From assembly GCA_964291415.2 (NCBI GenBank), contig OZ219917.1, forward strand, positions 1,056,001 through 1,120,000: a stretch of 64,000 bases of DNA, given 5' to 3'. Below are positions 44,845-54,520 of this stretch, piece after piece. The stretch is from Alphaproteobacteria bacterium. Its GTDB lineage: Bacteria; Pseudomonadota; Alphaproteobacteria; SP197. The translations under genes and the position numbers were made by a program. Numbering within the stretch: the first letter of the stretch is position 1; every line of letters begins with the position of its first letter. The notes below the pieces were generated by a model that saw nothing but the letters and a program-made list of their open reading frames with translations, was not told the DNA's origin and made no database searches.

Positions 44845-45039
44845 AGAAAGTCGATGATGTGCTCTGGCTGATGTTGCCGGCATCCAGGGTCGGTGACCAT
44901 TGACATCGGAAGTCCCCGCGGGATAAGAGTCAGGAGGCGGAAAAACAACGCTGCGCCCGGGTTTCGACACTGTGGTTTTCCTGAATATCCGGGCCGTATT
45001 CGGCGAACGATGTTTCAATCTGACCGGAAGGACACTCCC

Positions 45040-46194
45040 ATGAAAACCACCCCAACAGGACAGGAGACTGTCAAGGAAAGTGTTGCACAAGGACGCCGCA
45101 GGTTTCTCAGGCATGGCGTCCTTGCCGCAGGCGCCGCCGCAGCGGGCGCCAGTGGGCTCGCCACACCCTATATCCGCGATGCGCGCGCAGCCGAGACGAC
45201 GACCTGGCGCATCCAGACCTCGTGGCCCGGCGGCATCGGTCTCGACATCTTCAAGCACTGGTGCGGCACGATCATCGAGAAGACCGGCGGCGAACTCGCC
45301 TTTCAACCCTTCGGCGCCAAGGATGTCGTCGGCGACTTCCAGCTGTTCGACGCCGTCAAGAACGGTGTGATCGAGGCCATGAACCCGTTCACGCTCTACT
45401 GGGCGGGCCGTATCCCGGCATCGGTGTTCCTGAGCTCCTATCCGCTCGGCCTGCGCAATCCCCACGAATGGGATGTCTTCTATCTCGCGCTCGGCGGCAG
45501 GGAGATCGCGCGGGAGATCTTCGCCAGGCACGACATGTTCTATGTCGGCCATATCCACCATGGTCCGAACATCATCCACTCCAAGGTTCCGATCCTGTCG
45601 ATCGACGATTTCAGAGGGCGCAAGATGCGGCTTCCCGGAGGCATGGTGGCCGAAGTCTTCCAGGACGTCGGCGCCAAGACCACGCTGCTTCCCGGCTCGG
45701 AGATCTTCCCCGCCCTCGACAAGGGCACCATCGACGTGGCGGACTATGTCGGACCGGCGATCAACTATGCGCTGGGTTTCCACAAGGCGACGAACTACAT
45801 CTCCATGGGGCCTCCGGGCTTCATGTCGCTCTACCAGCCTGTCGACCTCATGGATCTCACCGTCGGCATGGATCACTGGAACGCGCTTTCCGACCAGATG
45901 AAGCAGTTCGTCGAGATGGAGGTCTGCGTCTATTCCGACCATCATCACGCCGGTATCCAGAAGGCCGACCAGGAGGCCTGGGCCAAGTTCGAGGAGGCCG
46001 GAACCGTGGTGACCCGGCTTTCCCAGGACGATGTCGAGGAGTTCACCAACTACGCGGTGCCCCGCTGGTTCCAGTGGGCCAACAAGGACAAGGATGCCGC
46101 CCGCGTGTTCAAGATCCAGCTGGACTACATGATGTCCGGCAGTCTGGGATACGTCACGCCCGAGATGATCGCCGGCCACACACTGGACCTGTGA
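45040..46194 (+). CDS. dctP: TRAP transporter substrate-binding protein (DctP/TakP-like), Tat signal
   Basis: RRRFL Tat motif, WRIQTSW, G.KMRLPG, EIFPALDKGTID. Confidence 0.9.
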   Translation: MKTTPTGQETVKESVAQGRRRFLRHGVLAAGAAAAGASGLATPYIRDARAAETTTWRIQTSWPGGIGLDIFKHWCGTIIEKTGGELAFQPFGAKDVVGDFQLFDAVKNGVIEAMNPFTLYWAGRIPASVFLSSYPLGLRNPHEWDVFYLALGGREIAREIFARHDMFYVGHIHHGPNIIHSKVPILSIDDFRGRKMRLPGGMVAEVFQDVGAKTTLLPGSEIFPALDKGTIDVADYVGPAINYALGFHKATNYISMGPPGFMSLYQPVDLMDLTVGMDHWNALSDQMKQFVEMEVCVYSDHHHAGIQKADQEAWAKFEEAGTVVTRLSQDDVEEFTNYAVPRWFQWANKDKDAARVFKIQLDYMMSGSLGYVTPEMIAGHTLDL

Positions 46195-46211
46195 TACCTT
46201 CGTAGCCACCT

Positions 46212-46246
46212 GCCGGGTTCCGCTCCATGACGGAGCGGAACCCGGC
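46212..46246 (+). terminator. 15-bp perfect stem-loop after dctP (attenuator or mRNA stabiliser)
   Basis: GCCGGGTTCCGCTCC-ATGAC-GGAGCGGAACCCGGC. Confidence 0.6.
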
Positions 46247-46278
46247 GACCCGAACCTTTTCCGGACACCCTGAGCGCC

Positions 46279-47454
46279 ATGGAGCCTGTGCTGTATCCGG
46301 TTGCGGCGCTGCTTCACGGCGCGGTGCCGCAGTGGCTCGCCCTGCCGAGCCTCACGCTGACGCTGCCCCATGTCGTTTACTGGGCGGGGCTGGCGCTCTT
46401 CCCGCTGGTCGCGATGGTCCTGGTGCGTCGGGCGGCGCGGGCGCCGCACCGCAGGATTTCCGCGCCGATCGCGTGGATGTTCTGGTTCTGGGGCGGAATT
46501 GTCGGACTGCATCGCTTTTACCTCAGGTCCGTCCGCGCCGGCCTGGTCTTCCTGCTACTCTTCGTGCTGCTCCTGATGGGCAACGGCTATTCATCGGACG
46601 CCCGGAATGCCCGGTCGCTCTTCGACAACGAGCTTCGCATCGCGGAGTTCACCATTACCCAGCGCCAGAAGGACGTCGACCGTCAGACCGAGGGTGCCGA
46701 GGACCGTCTTGCCGCGGCCGTCGAGGAACACGAGGCGGTCCGTATTGAGGCCGAAGCCGCGTCCCTGACGGAGGACGAATGGCGGGCCTTCGTCGGCTCC
46801 GTGTTCTGGTTGATCGTTGTGCTTCTGCTCTTCGACGCCTGGCGCCTTCGGCACCTGGTTCGGGAAGCCGAGGCACGCGAAACCGGTCTCGCCGATTCCG
46901 GGGACATCGACATCCTGCAAAGGGACGATGTCAGCGATGAGCGCAGCCTCGTCTCCAGCCCGGTCATCCGGACGATCGAGAAGATCAGCGACTGGTCCGG
47001 CACCTTCGTCGCCTACTGGATCGTGCTGGCGGTGTTCGTCTACTACTACGAAGTCATCGCGCGCTACGTCTTCAATTCGCCGACGAACTGGGCCCACGAG
47101 GCCATGTTCCTGATGTTCGGCGCGCAGTACCTCCTGTCCGGAGCGGCGACACTGCGGGACGGCAAGCACGTCAGGGTCGACGTGGTCTATGCCCGGTTTT
47201 CCGTTCGCACCCGCGCCTGGATCGATATCGTGACGTCGCTCGCCTTCTTCATCTTTGTCGTCACCCTGATCGTGACGGGGTTCTTTTTCGCCATGGACGC
47301 CGTCGAGGTCATGGAGGTGTCGTTCACCGAGTGGGCAATCCAGTACTGGCCGGTGAAGTTCGCCATCATGATCGGCGGAATCCTGATCCTGTTGCAGGGT
47401 ATCGCCGGACTGATGCGCAACGTGATCTTTCTTTCGCGATCCCGGGCGGACTGA
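46279..47454 (+). CDS. dctQ: TRAP small permease DctQ with N-terminal TM2-domain extension
   Basis: WFWGGIVGLHRFYL (TM2); YEVIARYVFNSPT.W, HVRVD (DctQ). Confidence 0.85.
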   Translation: MEPVLYPVAALLHGAVPQWLALPSLTLTLPHVVYWAGLALFPLVAMVLVRRAARAPHRRISAPIAWMFWFWGGIVGLHRFYLRSVRAGLVFLLLFVLLLMGNGYSSDARNARSLFDNELRIAEFTITQRQKDVDRQTEGAEDRLAAAVEEHEAVRIEAEAASLTEDEWRAFVGSVFWLIVVLLLFDAWRLRHLVREAEARETGLADSGDIDILQRDDVSDERSLVSSPVIRTIEKISDWSGTFVAYWIVLAVFVYYYEVIARYVFNSPTNWAHEAMFLMFGAQYLLSGAATLRDGKHVRVDVVYARFSVRTRAWIDIVTSLAFFIFVVTLIVTGFFFAMDAVEVMEVSFTEWAIQYWPVKFAIMIGGILILLQGIAGLMRNVIFLSRSRAD

Positions 47455-47457
47455 ACC

Positions 47458-48852
47458 ATGGGCCTGGAAATGGATCTCCTGTGGCTCACCGTGCTGATGT
47501 TCGGCTCGCTGGGCGTGCTGCTGATGGCGGGGCTTCCGCTGGCGTTCGTGACCGGCGGGCTGGGTTGCGTGTTCCTGTTCGTCTTCGGTTCGGTCAACGA
47601 ACTCAACATCCTGCCATCCCGCATCTTCCCGTTCATGACCGACTATCAGTTGTCGGCCATTCCACTGTTCATCTTCATGGCCGTGATGCTGGAGCGGGCG
47701 GGCATCATCCAGGAGCTGTTCGATGTCGTCTACAAGCTGCTCGGCGGCTTGAGGGGCGGCCTTGCATCGGCAACGATCGTTTCCTCGACGATCCTGGCCG
47801 CCATGGTCGGCGTGATCGGCGCGGCGGAGGTGGCCATGGGCATCCTGGCGCTTCCGGCCATGCTGAAGCGGCGCTACGACCCCCATCTCGCCTGCGGTTC
47901 CATCCTGGCCGGCGGCACGCTCGGCATTCTCATTCCGCCTTCGATCCTTGCCATCCTGTTCGCGGTGGTGGCGCAGCAATCGGTGGGCGACCTCTTCATC
48001 GGCGCGATCTTTCCCGGACTCCTGCTCTCCGGTCTCTATGTGATCTATGTCACCACGCGCTGCTACATCGATCCGGCGGCAGGTCCGGCCCTGCCGGTCG
48101 AGGAACGCGTCAGTTTCAGGGAAAAGCTGCTCCTCCTGCGCAGCATCATCACGCCCGTTCTCCTGATCGTCCTGGTTCTCGGCGTGATCTTCACCGGCGT
48201 CGCGACACCCGTCGAGGCCGCCGGAATTGGCACGTTCGGCGCTCTCTTTGTCGCGGCGATGCACCGCCGCCTGTCGTGGGCGAACATCAGGGAGGGCGCG
48301 CTCACGACGCTGAAGGCCTCGGCGATGGTGCTGTGGATCATCTTCGGCGCCAGCATCTTCGTCGGCTTCTACATCCTCCAGGGCGGGCAGCAGTTCGTGG
48401 CCGACGTTCTGATCGGCACGGGTCTGGGCCCGTACGGCATCCTGCTCATCATGATGATCATCCTGGTCATCCTCGGGATGTTTCTCGACTGGGTCGGCAT
48501 CCTCCTGCTGGCCGTGCCGATCTTCATGCCCATTCTCCTGCAGATGGAGTTCAACGGCCTCTTCGGCCTGCCCGGTCCGACACACGGGATCACCGATCCC
48601 GACAAGGCGAATGAGGCGCTGCGCCTGTGGTTCGGCGTCGTCTACATCGTCAACATGCAGATGTCGTTCCTGTCACCGCCATTCGGCTATGCGCTCTTCT
48701 ATCTCAAGAGTGTCGCGCCACCGGAGATCGGCATGGGCACGATCTTCAGGTCCGCCGTCCCCTTCCTGTTGCTCCAGGCGCTCGGTCTCTTCATCTGCAT
48801 CGCCTTCCCGCAGATCATCCTGTGGCTGCCGGCACAGGTCTACGGCAACTGA
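47458..48852 (+). CDS. dctM: TRAP large permease
   Basis: AIPLFIFM, GGTLGILIPPS, ATPVEAA, SPPFG.ALF. Confidence 0.93.
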   Translation: MGLEMDLLWLTVLMFGSLGVLLMAGLPLAFVTGGLGCVFLFVFGSVNELNILPSRIFPFMTDYQLSAIPLFIFMAVMLERAGIIQELFDVVYKLLGGLRGGLASATIVSSTILAAMVGVIGAAEVAMGILALPAMLKRRYDPHLACGSILAGGTLGILIPPSILAILFAVVAQQSVGDLFIGAIFPGLLLSGLYVIYVTTRCYIDPAAGPALPVEERVSFREKLLLLRSIITPVLLIVLVLGVIFTGVATPVEAAGIGTFGALFVAAMHRRLSWANIREGALTTLKASAMVLWIIFGASIFVGFYILQGGQQFVADVLIGTGLGPYGILLIMMIILVILGMFLDWVGILLLAVPIFMPILLQMEFNGLFGLPGPTHGITDPDKANEALRLWFGVVYIVNMQMSFLSPPFGYALFYLKSVAPPEIGMGTIFRSAVPFLLLQALGLFICIAFPQIILWLPAQVYGN

Positions 48853-49035
48853 CCTCCGGCACCATCGCGCGCCCGCGCCGGGAAACCGGCCATTGTCCGA
48901 AGCCAGGTGGCCGCACCGGCGGTTTCGGGCCTTCGTCGTCCCTGTCGGAATTGAATTGCCACGCGTGACGTCAAGAGCCCGACTGCCTCTCGCATGTCCC
49001 GTTCGTCCAGGCTGCCGCGACGCAGACGCAGGACG

Positions 49036-49962
49036 TCAAGTCCTGAACGTCGACACCGTCGATGATGCCTGACCGTTCCTGACGTTGACGAGGCACAGGC
49101 TCAGGAGGAGAAGGGCGAAGGCCGTCCAGATCCACGCGCTGTGCTGCTCGCCAAAGACGACGATTCCCGCACCGATGATCATCGGCGTGGCAGCGAAGGT
49201 CCAGGTGGCATAGAACACGGGCCCGGCAATGCGGATGGTCTCGAACGATGCGATCCAGAGCCAGACGTTCAGCGCGCCGAAAAGCGGGACGAGCCACCAG
49301 AGATGCAGGCGTTCGGCATCGAACCACCAGAACTGGTCCAGCCAGACGACAGGCGCCAGCAGGATTGCCGCGCCCCCGGCCATCATGGCAAACGAGATCG
49401 CCAGCGATTCTGTCTCGGGTGGCCAGTCACGGGCCATCCAGTTGGCCCAGAGTGCCCAGCCGACGGGGACGACCAGCGCGACCGCAACCCAGGGGACCAT
49501 GGCCCGCGACGGCAGGCTGGTTTCCGGCAACACGGTGAGCATCAGGCCTGCGACACCGATCAGGAGACCGACAAAGCGAATCCAGCGGTATCTCTCGAGC
49601 AGCAGCACGAGTGCGACCAGGTAGGTGAGGGCCGGCTCGATCGCCATTGCGAGACTCATGACGCCGACAGGCAGGTGAGGCGAGGCCAGGGTCATGGCGG
49701 CATAGGGGATCACGAGCCCGAAGAGCGCCGACACCGTGTAGTAGCGCAGGTGTGGCACGGTCAGCGGCACGGACTGTCGCCTCGCAAGGAGGGCGGCTCC
49801 GGTCATCACCGCACCGGCGAGGCACTGCCAGAACACGAAGCCGAGGAAGGGAACTCCTCCCTCGGTGGCAACCCGCAGAAAGACGAGAAAGACGGACGCG
49901 GGGACGGCAACCATCATCAGCAGGAACAGGCGCAGCGCAAGCGAGGGCTGGGCGATGGACAT
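49036..49962 (-). CDS. DMT/EamA family transporter
   Basis: About 10 TM helices in two EamA-like repeats; AGPVF..., G..VFGE; ATG at 49962 with GGGAGG. Confidence 0.85.
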   Translation of the reverse strand: MSIAQPSLALRLFLLMMVAVPASVFLVFLRVATEGGVPFLGFVFWQCLAGAVMTGAALLARRQSVPLTVPHLRYYTVSALFGLVIPYAAMTLASPHLPVGVMSLAMAIEPALTYLVALVLLLERYRWIRFVGLLIGVAGLMLTVLPETSLPSRAMVPWVAVALVVPVGWALWANWMARDWPPETESLAISFAMMAGGAAILLAPVVWLDQFWWFDAERLHLWWLVPLFGALNVWLWIASFETIRIAGPVFYATWTFAATPMIIGAGIVVFGEQHSAWIWTAFALLLLSLCLVNVRNGQASSTVSTFRT

Positions 49963-50323
49963 TACGGCCTCCCGGGCCTGAAGGCCGGACGGTTCCTGGC
50001 GCGGCCCTCGGGTCCGGCGGTCGCAAGCGGGATTGCGAGGATGGTGGAGGCGGGGTCGAACGGCAAAATCAGGGATCCGCTTCGTGTCACCGGTGCGACC
50101 GATGCGGCCTTGTATGCTCTGCTGCAGGCGAAATGTACAGCCATGGGCATCGGACGGCACGCCGCCCGACCGCCGCCTTGCCAATCGCGTCGGATCCTTC
50201 ATGATCCTCGTCCGCTCATGCGGGAGGAATGCACGCGGGCCCATTCGGTCGACAGCCCGCCCTTCAGACGCGAGCTGAGTGGAACTGTCGCCGGACTGGC
50301 CGTATCCGGTTTGGGAGACGACC

Positions 50324-52399
50324 ATGTCCCGTGATCCCCGTTACGACATTCTCTTCGAGCCCGTGGAGATCGGACCCGTTACGGCGAGGAACCGCTTCTA
50401 TCAGGTGCCCCATTGCAACGGCATGGGGCGCACCTTTCCGTCCAGCATGGCGGCGATGCGCGGTGTCAAGGCCGAGGGCGGCTGGGCCGTGGTGTCGACC
50501 GAACAGATCGACATCCACCCCTCGGCCGACGTCACTGGCGCCACCGAGGGTCGTCTGTGGTCGGACCAGGATATCCCGTACCACGCGCGCATGTGCGACG
50601 CGGTCCACGAACACGGCTCTCTCGCACTGATCGAGCTGACCCACAACGGCAAGTTCGCACCGGCGGCCTACAGCCGCGAGGTGCCGCTCTTCCCCTCCCA
50701 CATGCCCGTGGTCGGCAACGCGCCGGTGCAGGCCCGCGCCATGGACAGGACCGACATCAGGAACTACCGACGCTGGCATCTGGATGCCGTGAAACGCGCC
50801 AGACGGGCCGGCTTCGACATCGTCTGCTGCTATGCCGCCCACAACCTCTCGCTCGCCGGCCAGTTCATGCTGGCGCGCTACAACCGCCGCACCGACGAGT
50901 ACGGCGGCAGGCTGGAGAACCGGGTCCGCCTGTTCCGCGAGATCATCGAGGACGCGAAGGAGGCGGTCGGAGACACGATGGGCGTGGTCGCGCGCTTCGC
51001 TGTCGACGAGAGGCGCGGCGCCGAAGGCATGGAATTCGACAAGGAGGGGCGGGAGATTGTCGAGATGCTGGCCGAACTGCCCGATCTCTGGGACGTCAAC
51101 GTGGCCGAATGGGAGAACGACAGCATCACCAGCCGCTTCGCGGAAGAGGGATTCCAGGAACCCTTCATCTCCTTCGTCAAGCAGGTCACCACCAAGCCCG
51201 TGGTGGCCGTTGGTCGCTACACCACGCCCGACCGCATGGTGTCTCTCGTGAAGAACGGCGTGCTCGACATGATCGGCGCAGCCCGTCCCTCGATTGCCGA
51301 CCCCTTCCTGCCGAGGAAGATCGAGGAGGGCCGGATCGAGGACTTGAGGGAGTGCATCGGCTGCAACATCTGCGTTGGCTGGGACCACATGTTGTCGCCC
51401 ATGCGCTGCACCCAGAACCCGACCAAAGGCGAGGAGTGGCGCAAGGGCTGGCATCCGGAGCGCATCCCGCTGAAAGCGGGCGACGACAAGGTGCTCGTCA
51501 TCGGCGCGGGCCCTGCGGGTCTCGAAGCGGCGCGCGCTGCGGGTCAACGCGGCTACGACGTGACCCTGGCCGAAGCGGACGAGGAACTGGGCGGCCGGGT
51601 CGCCCGGGAAAGCCGCTTGCCGGGTCTCTCGGCCTGGGGGCGGGTGCGCGACCACCGGGTGCACCAGATCCGGCAGATGGCCAACGTCGAGGTCTATCCC
51701 GCCAGCCGGCTGACGGCCGCACAGGTGCTCGAGTTTGGCGCTGACCGCATCGCCGTTGCGACCGGCGCGCTCTGGCGCAAGGACGGTTTTGGCCGGGCGC
51801 ACCAGTTCCCGATCCCCGGCCTCTCCGGGGCGGGCGTGTTCACGCCCGACGACGTCATGTCCGGCGCGACGCCGGACGGCCCTGTCCTGGTCTACGACGA
51901 TGACCACTACTACATGGGTGGCGTGATCGCAGAGAAGCTGCGCGGCGGCGGAGTCGAGGTAACGCTGGTGACGCCCGATCCCGTCGTGTCGTCGTGGACC
52001 ACCTTGACGCTGGAGCAGCACCGCATCCAGGCGCGCCTGATCGAACTCGGCGTCGGCATCGAGGTGAACGCCAAACTCGCGGCTGTCGGCGACGGTGTGG
52101 CCACGCTTGCCTGTGTCTTCACCGGACGGCATCGCGAGATTGCCGCCGCCTCGGTCGTGATGGTGACGTCGCGCCTGCCCGACGATGGGCTCTACCGTGA
52201 GCTTGCCGGCGACGAGGAGCGGCTGTCGGACGCCGGCGTTGCCTCTCTCCACCGCATCGGCGACTGTCACGGCCCCGCCACCATCGCCGCGGCGGTCTAC
52301 GAAGGCCACCGCTTCGCCCGTGAACTGGGCGCGGAGCCCGAGGACATTCCCTTCAAGCGGGAACTCACCGAACTGGCGGCGGGGTTTGCGCTACCCTGA
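50324..52399 (+). CDS. Trimethylamine/histamine dehydrogenase-like flavoenzyme (6-S-cysteinyl-FMN, 4Fe-4S)
   Basis: NRFYQVPHCNG, YAAH, WD...W..D...SRF, RECIGCNIC, CTQNPT.GEE, IGAGPAG. Confidence 0.87.
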   Translation: MSRDPRYDILFEPVEIGPVTARNRFYQVPHCNGMGRTFPSSMAAMRGVKAEGGWAVVSTEQIDIHPSADVTGATEGRLWSDQDIPYHARMCDAVHEHGSLALIELTHNGKFAPAAYSREVPLFPSHMPVVGNAPVQARAMDRTDIRNYRRWHLDAVKRARRAGFDIVCCYAAHNLSLAGQFMLARYNRRTDEYGGRLENRVRLFREIIEDAKEAVGDTMGVVARFAVDERRGAEGMEFDKEGREIVEMLAELPDLWDVNVAEWENDSITSRFAEEGFQEPFISFVKQVTTKPVVAVGRYTTPDRMVSLVKNGVLDMIGAARPSIADPFLPRKIEEGRIEDLRECIGCNICVGWDHMLSPMRCTQNPTKGEEWRKGWHPERIPLKAGDDKVLVIGAGPAGLEAARAAGQRGYDVTLAEADEELGGRVARESRLPGLSAWGRVRDHRVHQIRQMANVEVYPASRLTAAQVLEFGADRIAVATGALWRKDGFGRAHQFPIPGLSGAGVFTPDDVMSGATPDGPVLVYDDDHYYMGGVIAEKLRGGGVEVTLVTPDPVVSSWTTLTLEQHRIQARLIELGVGIEVNAKLAAVGDGVATLACVFTGRHREIAAASVVMVTSRLPDDGLYRELAGDEERLSDAGVASLHRIGDCHGPATIAAAVYEGHRFARELGAEPEDIPFKRELTELAAGFALP

Positions 52400-52459
52400 T
52401 CCGAAGCCTCCTGCCGCAGCGTGCGCGGCGAGTCTCCCGGAACTGCGGCATTGGACGAA

Positions 52460-52489
52460 GAAAGGCCGGACGTTGCCGTCCGGCCTTTC
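52460..52489. terminator. Probable bidirectional intrinsic terminator
   Basis: GAAAGGCCGGACG-TTGC-CGTCCGGCCTTTC 13-bp stem between convergent genes. Confidence 0.75.
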
Positions 52490-52515
52490 GGTTGGTTCCC
52501 CTTGAGAGGGAGTGC

Positions 52516-53490
52516 TTACATCGTCGCGTGGTCGATCCAGCCCTGGAGCGTCTCGGAGTTGTTGTCGAGCCACTCGTTGATGACCTCGATGAGGTCGCGG
52601 CCCTTGTCGTCGATCTCCGACATCATCTGCGCCTGCTCGAGGTTGGTGATCGAATAGGCCTCGATCAGTCCCCAGGCGCCGGGGTGGCTGTCCTTGAGAC
52701 CCGGATTGGCAACCTTCCAGATCTCGGCGCCCGCCCAGTCGCAGTCATGGGTGGCGTCGGGGTTGATGCCCAGCGACGCGTCGGTCTCGCACCCCTCGAA
52801 GTACTCGGGCAGATAGATACGCTGCAGGTCGTACTGGGCGTGCATCCAGTGCGGTTCCCAGAACATGGTGATCAGCGGCGCCTGGCGCTCGTAGGCCGAC
52901 TTGATCTCGGCAATGATCGCACCCTCGCCGCCCGACGGGATGTTCACGAAGTCAAGCCCCAGCGCGGCAATGCGCGGCGCATTCTTGTCGCCCCATTCCG
53001 CCGGATAGTCCAGAAAACGTCCAGACGGCATCGTCTCGGGCGTCGCAAACATGTCGGCGCAGTCGTTGAGCGCCTCCCAGCTCGGCAGACCCGGACACAT
53101 GTCGACGACGTATCCCGGAACAAACCACGCCTCCTGCGGCTTCAGACCGGACAGCGCCACGATCTCGACCGCGCCGGAATCGAAGTGCTCGTCCCAGCCC
53201 TCGCCGATGTTGGAACTCCAGATCTCCAGGGTCGCGTGAATGTCGCCGTCCGCAACGGCCGAAACCTGCGGATAGTATCCCGCGGTCACGTATTCGACGT
53301 TGTAGCCCATGCGCTTGAGCGCCTCGCCGGCCACCGTCGTGCTGACGTGCTGGCCCGTCCACTCGTTCATCGCAAGCTTGATCGGCTCATCCGTCTCGGG
53401 AATTGACTGGGCGCTCGCTGTCGCCGCAACACCGGTAAGCAACGCGCCGGCGGTGACGGCCGACAGGAGTTTCCTTGACAGGTCCATCAT
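52516..53490 (-). CDS. Glycine betaine/proline betaine ABC substrate-binding protein (ProX-like)
   Basis: Signal peptide, NEWTGQ, LEIW, CPGLPSW, FATPET...GR, FWEPHW. Confidence 0.87.
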   Translation of the reverse strand: MMDLSRKLLSAVTAGALLTGVAATASAQSIPETDEPIKLAMNEWTGQHVSTTVAGEALKRMGYNVEYVTAGYYPQVSAVADGDIHATLEIWSSNIGEGWDEHFDSGAVEIVALSGLKPQEAWFVPGYVVDMCPGLPSWEALNDCADMFATPETMPSGRFLDYPAEWGDKNAPRIAALGLDFVNIPSGGEGAIIAEIKSAYERQAPLITMFWEPHWMHAQYDLQRIYLPEYFEGCETDASLGINPDATHDCDWAGAEIWKVANPGLKDSHPGAWGLIEAYSITNLEQAQMMSEIDDKGRDLIEVINEWLDNNSETLQGWIDHATM

Positions 53491-53830
53491 GTGTGTCCCC
53501 CTAGTTTGTCGTTCACAAAGCACCCGCGTCGGGTGTTCCGGTCCCATTCTATGCGACACGATGCGGCGGTGTGCAAGTCGCATGAACGACGCGTCTGGCG
53601 GATCCGCTTGGGTGACGGCCCTTCGAACCGTTTCAAGGCAAGGCGTCAGGGCGGTGCTGCCGGCGGGACCGGATTGCAGGCGATCAGACCCAATGTTCTC
53701 CTGACTTCCAGAGCAAGCCGTCGGGTCCGCGTGATGTGTCTGTCTATGTGGGCCTGCTCTGGAGACGGAATGGGATCACAGTCCGAAACGCGAGGAGTCC
53801 CGCGACAGGATGATTCGCCTGTCCCGGGCG

Positions 53831-54265
53831 CTATTGCGTGGCGACGGCAATTGCCTCGGCGAGTTCGTCGCGTTCCTCGCAGCCATCCGGGCATGCGATG
53901 TCGAGGGCTGCAAGGCGCTCCCTTGCCTTTGCGACGTCGCCGACTTCAAGCAGGAGTTCTCCCAGGTACTCATTGGCCCCTCGATGCAGCGGATCGATGT
54001 CCAGAGCCATCCCGTACCATGTGAAAGCGTCGTCAAACCTGCCGATCTGGCGAGATGCGTAACCCAGCATGTTCAGAGTATCCGGATTGCCGGATTCCCT
54101 GCGATTGAGATCCTCCAGGAGAACGAGCGCCTCCTCGTAGTCGCCGGACTCGACGAGGTCAATGGCGTCAGACAACGTTGCTGTGCTGCCCGTTGTGCCG
54201 CTGCCTGCTGCCAAGGCGCAGCCGGCAAACATCGTCAGGATCGCCATCACGCGAAGAACCATCAT
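53831..54265 (-). CDS. Secreted tetratricopeptide repeat protein
   Basis: Signal peptide; NMLGYA.R, ALDIDP.HRGANEYLGE, C..GCEE. Confidence 0.85.
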   Translation of the reverse strand: MMVLRVMAILTMFAGCALAAGSGTTGSTATLSDAIDLVESGDYEEALVLLEDLNRRESGNPDTLNMLGYASRQIGRFDDAFTWYGMALDIDPLHRGANEYLGELLLEVGDVAKARERLAALDIACPDGCEERDELAEAIAVATQ

Positions 54266-54520
54266 CGCTCATCCTCCTCATCCGGTGATACGGGACGGTC
54301 CTCGGGCCGCCGCACGGCCATGGCCGCAATTCCCCTTGTCGCCGCGTGATCCCTCGAACCCCTCTCAACGCATGAGAAGCTACAACGCGGCACGCGGAAC
54401 CGGCAAGGAGACCGGACGGGCATGACAGCAGGGCGATGCATGCGGTGCGCAACGCGAATCGTCTCGAAGGAGCTATGGCAGGCACCGGGCGAATCTGGCA
54501 GATTTGCCTGGTGAAGCGGG

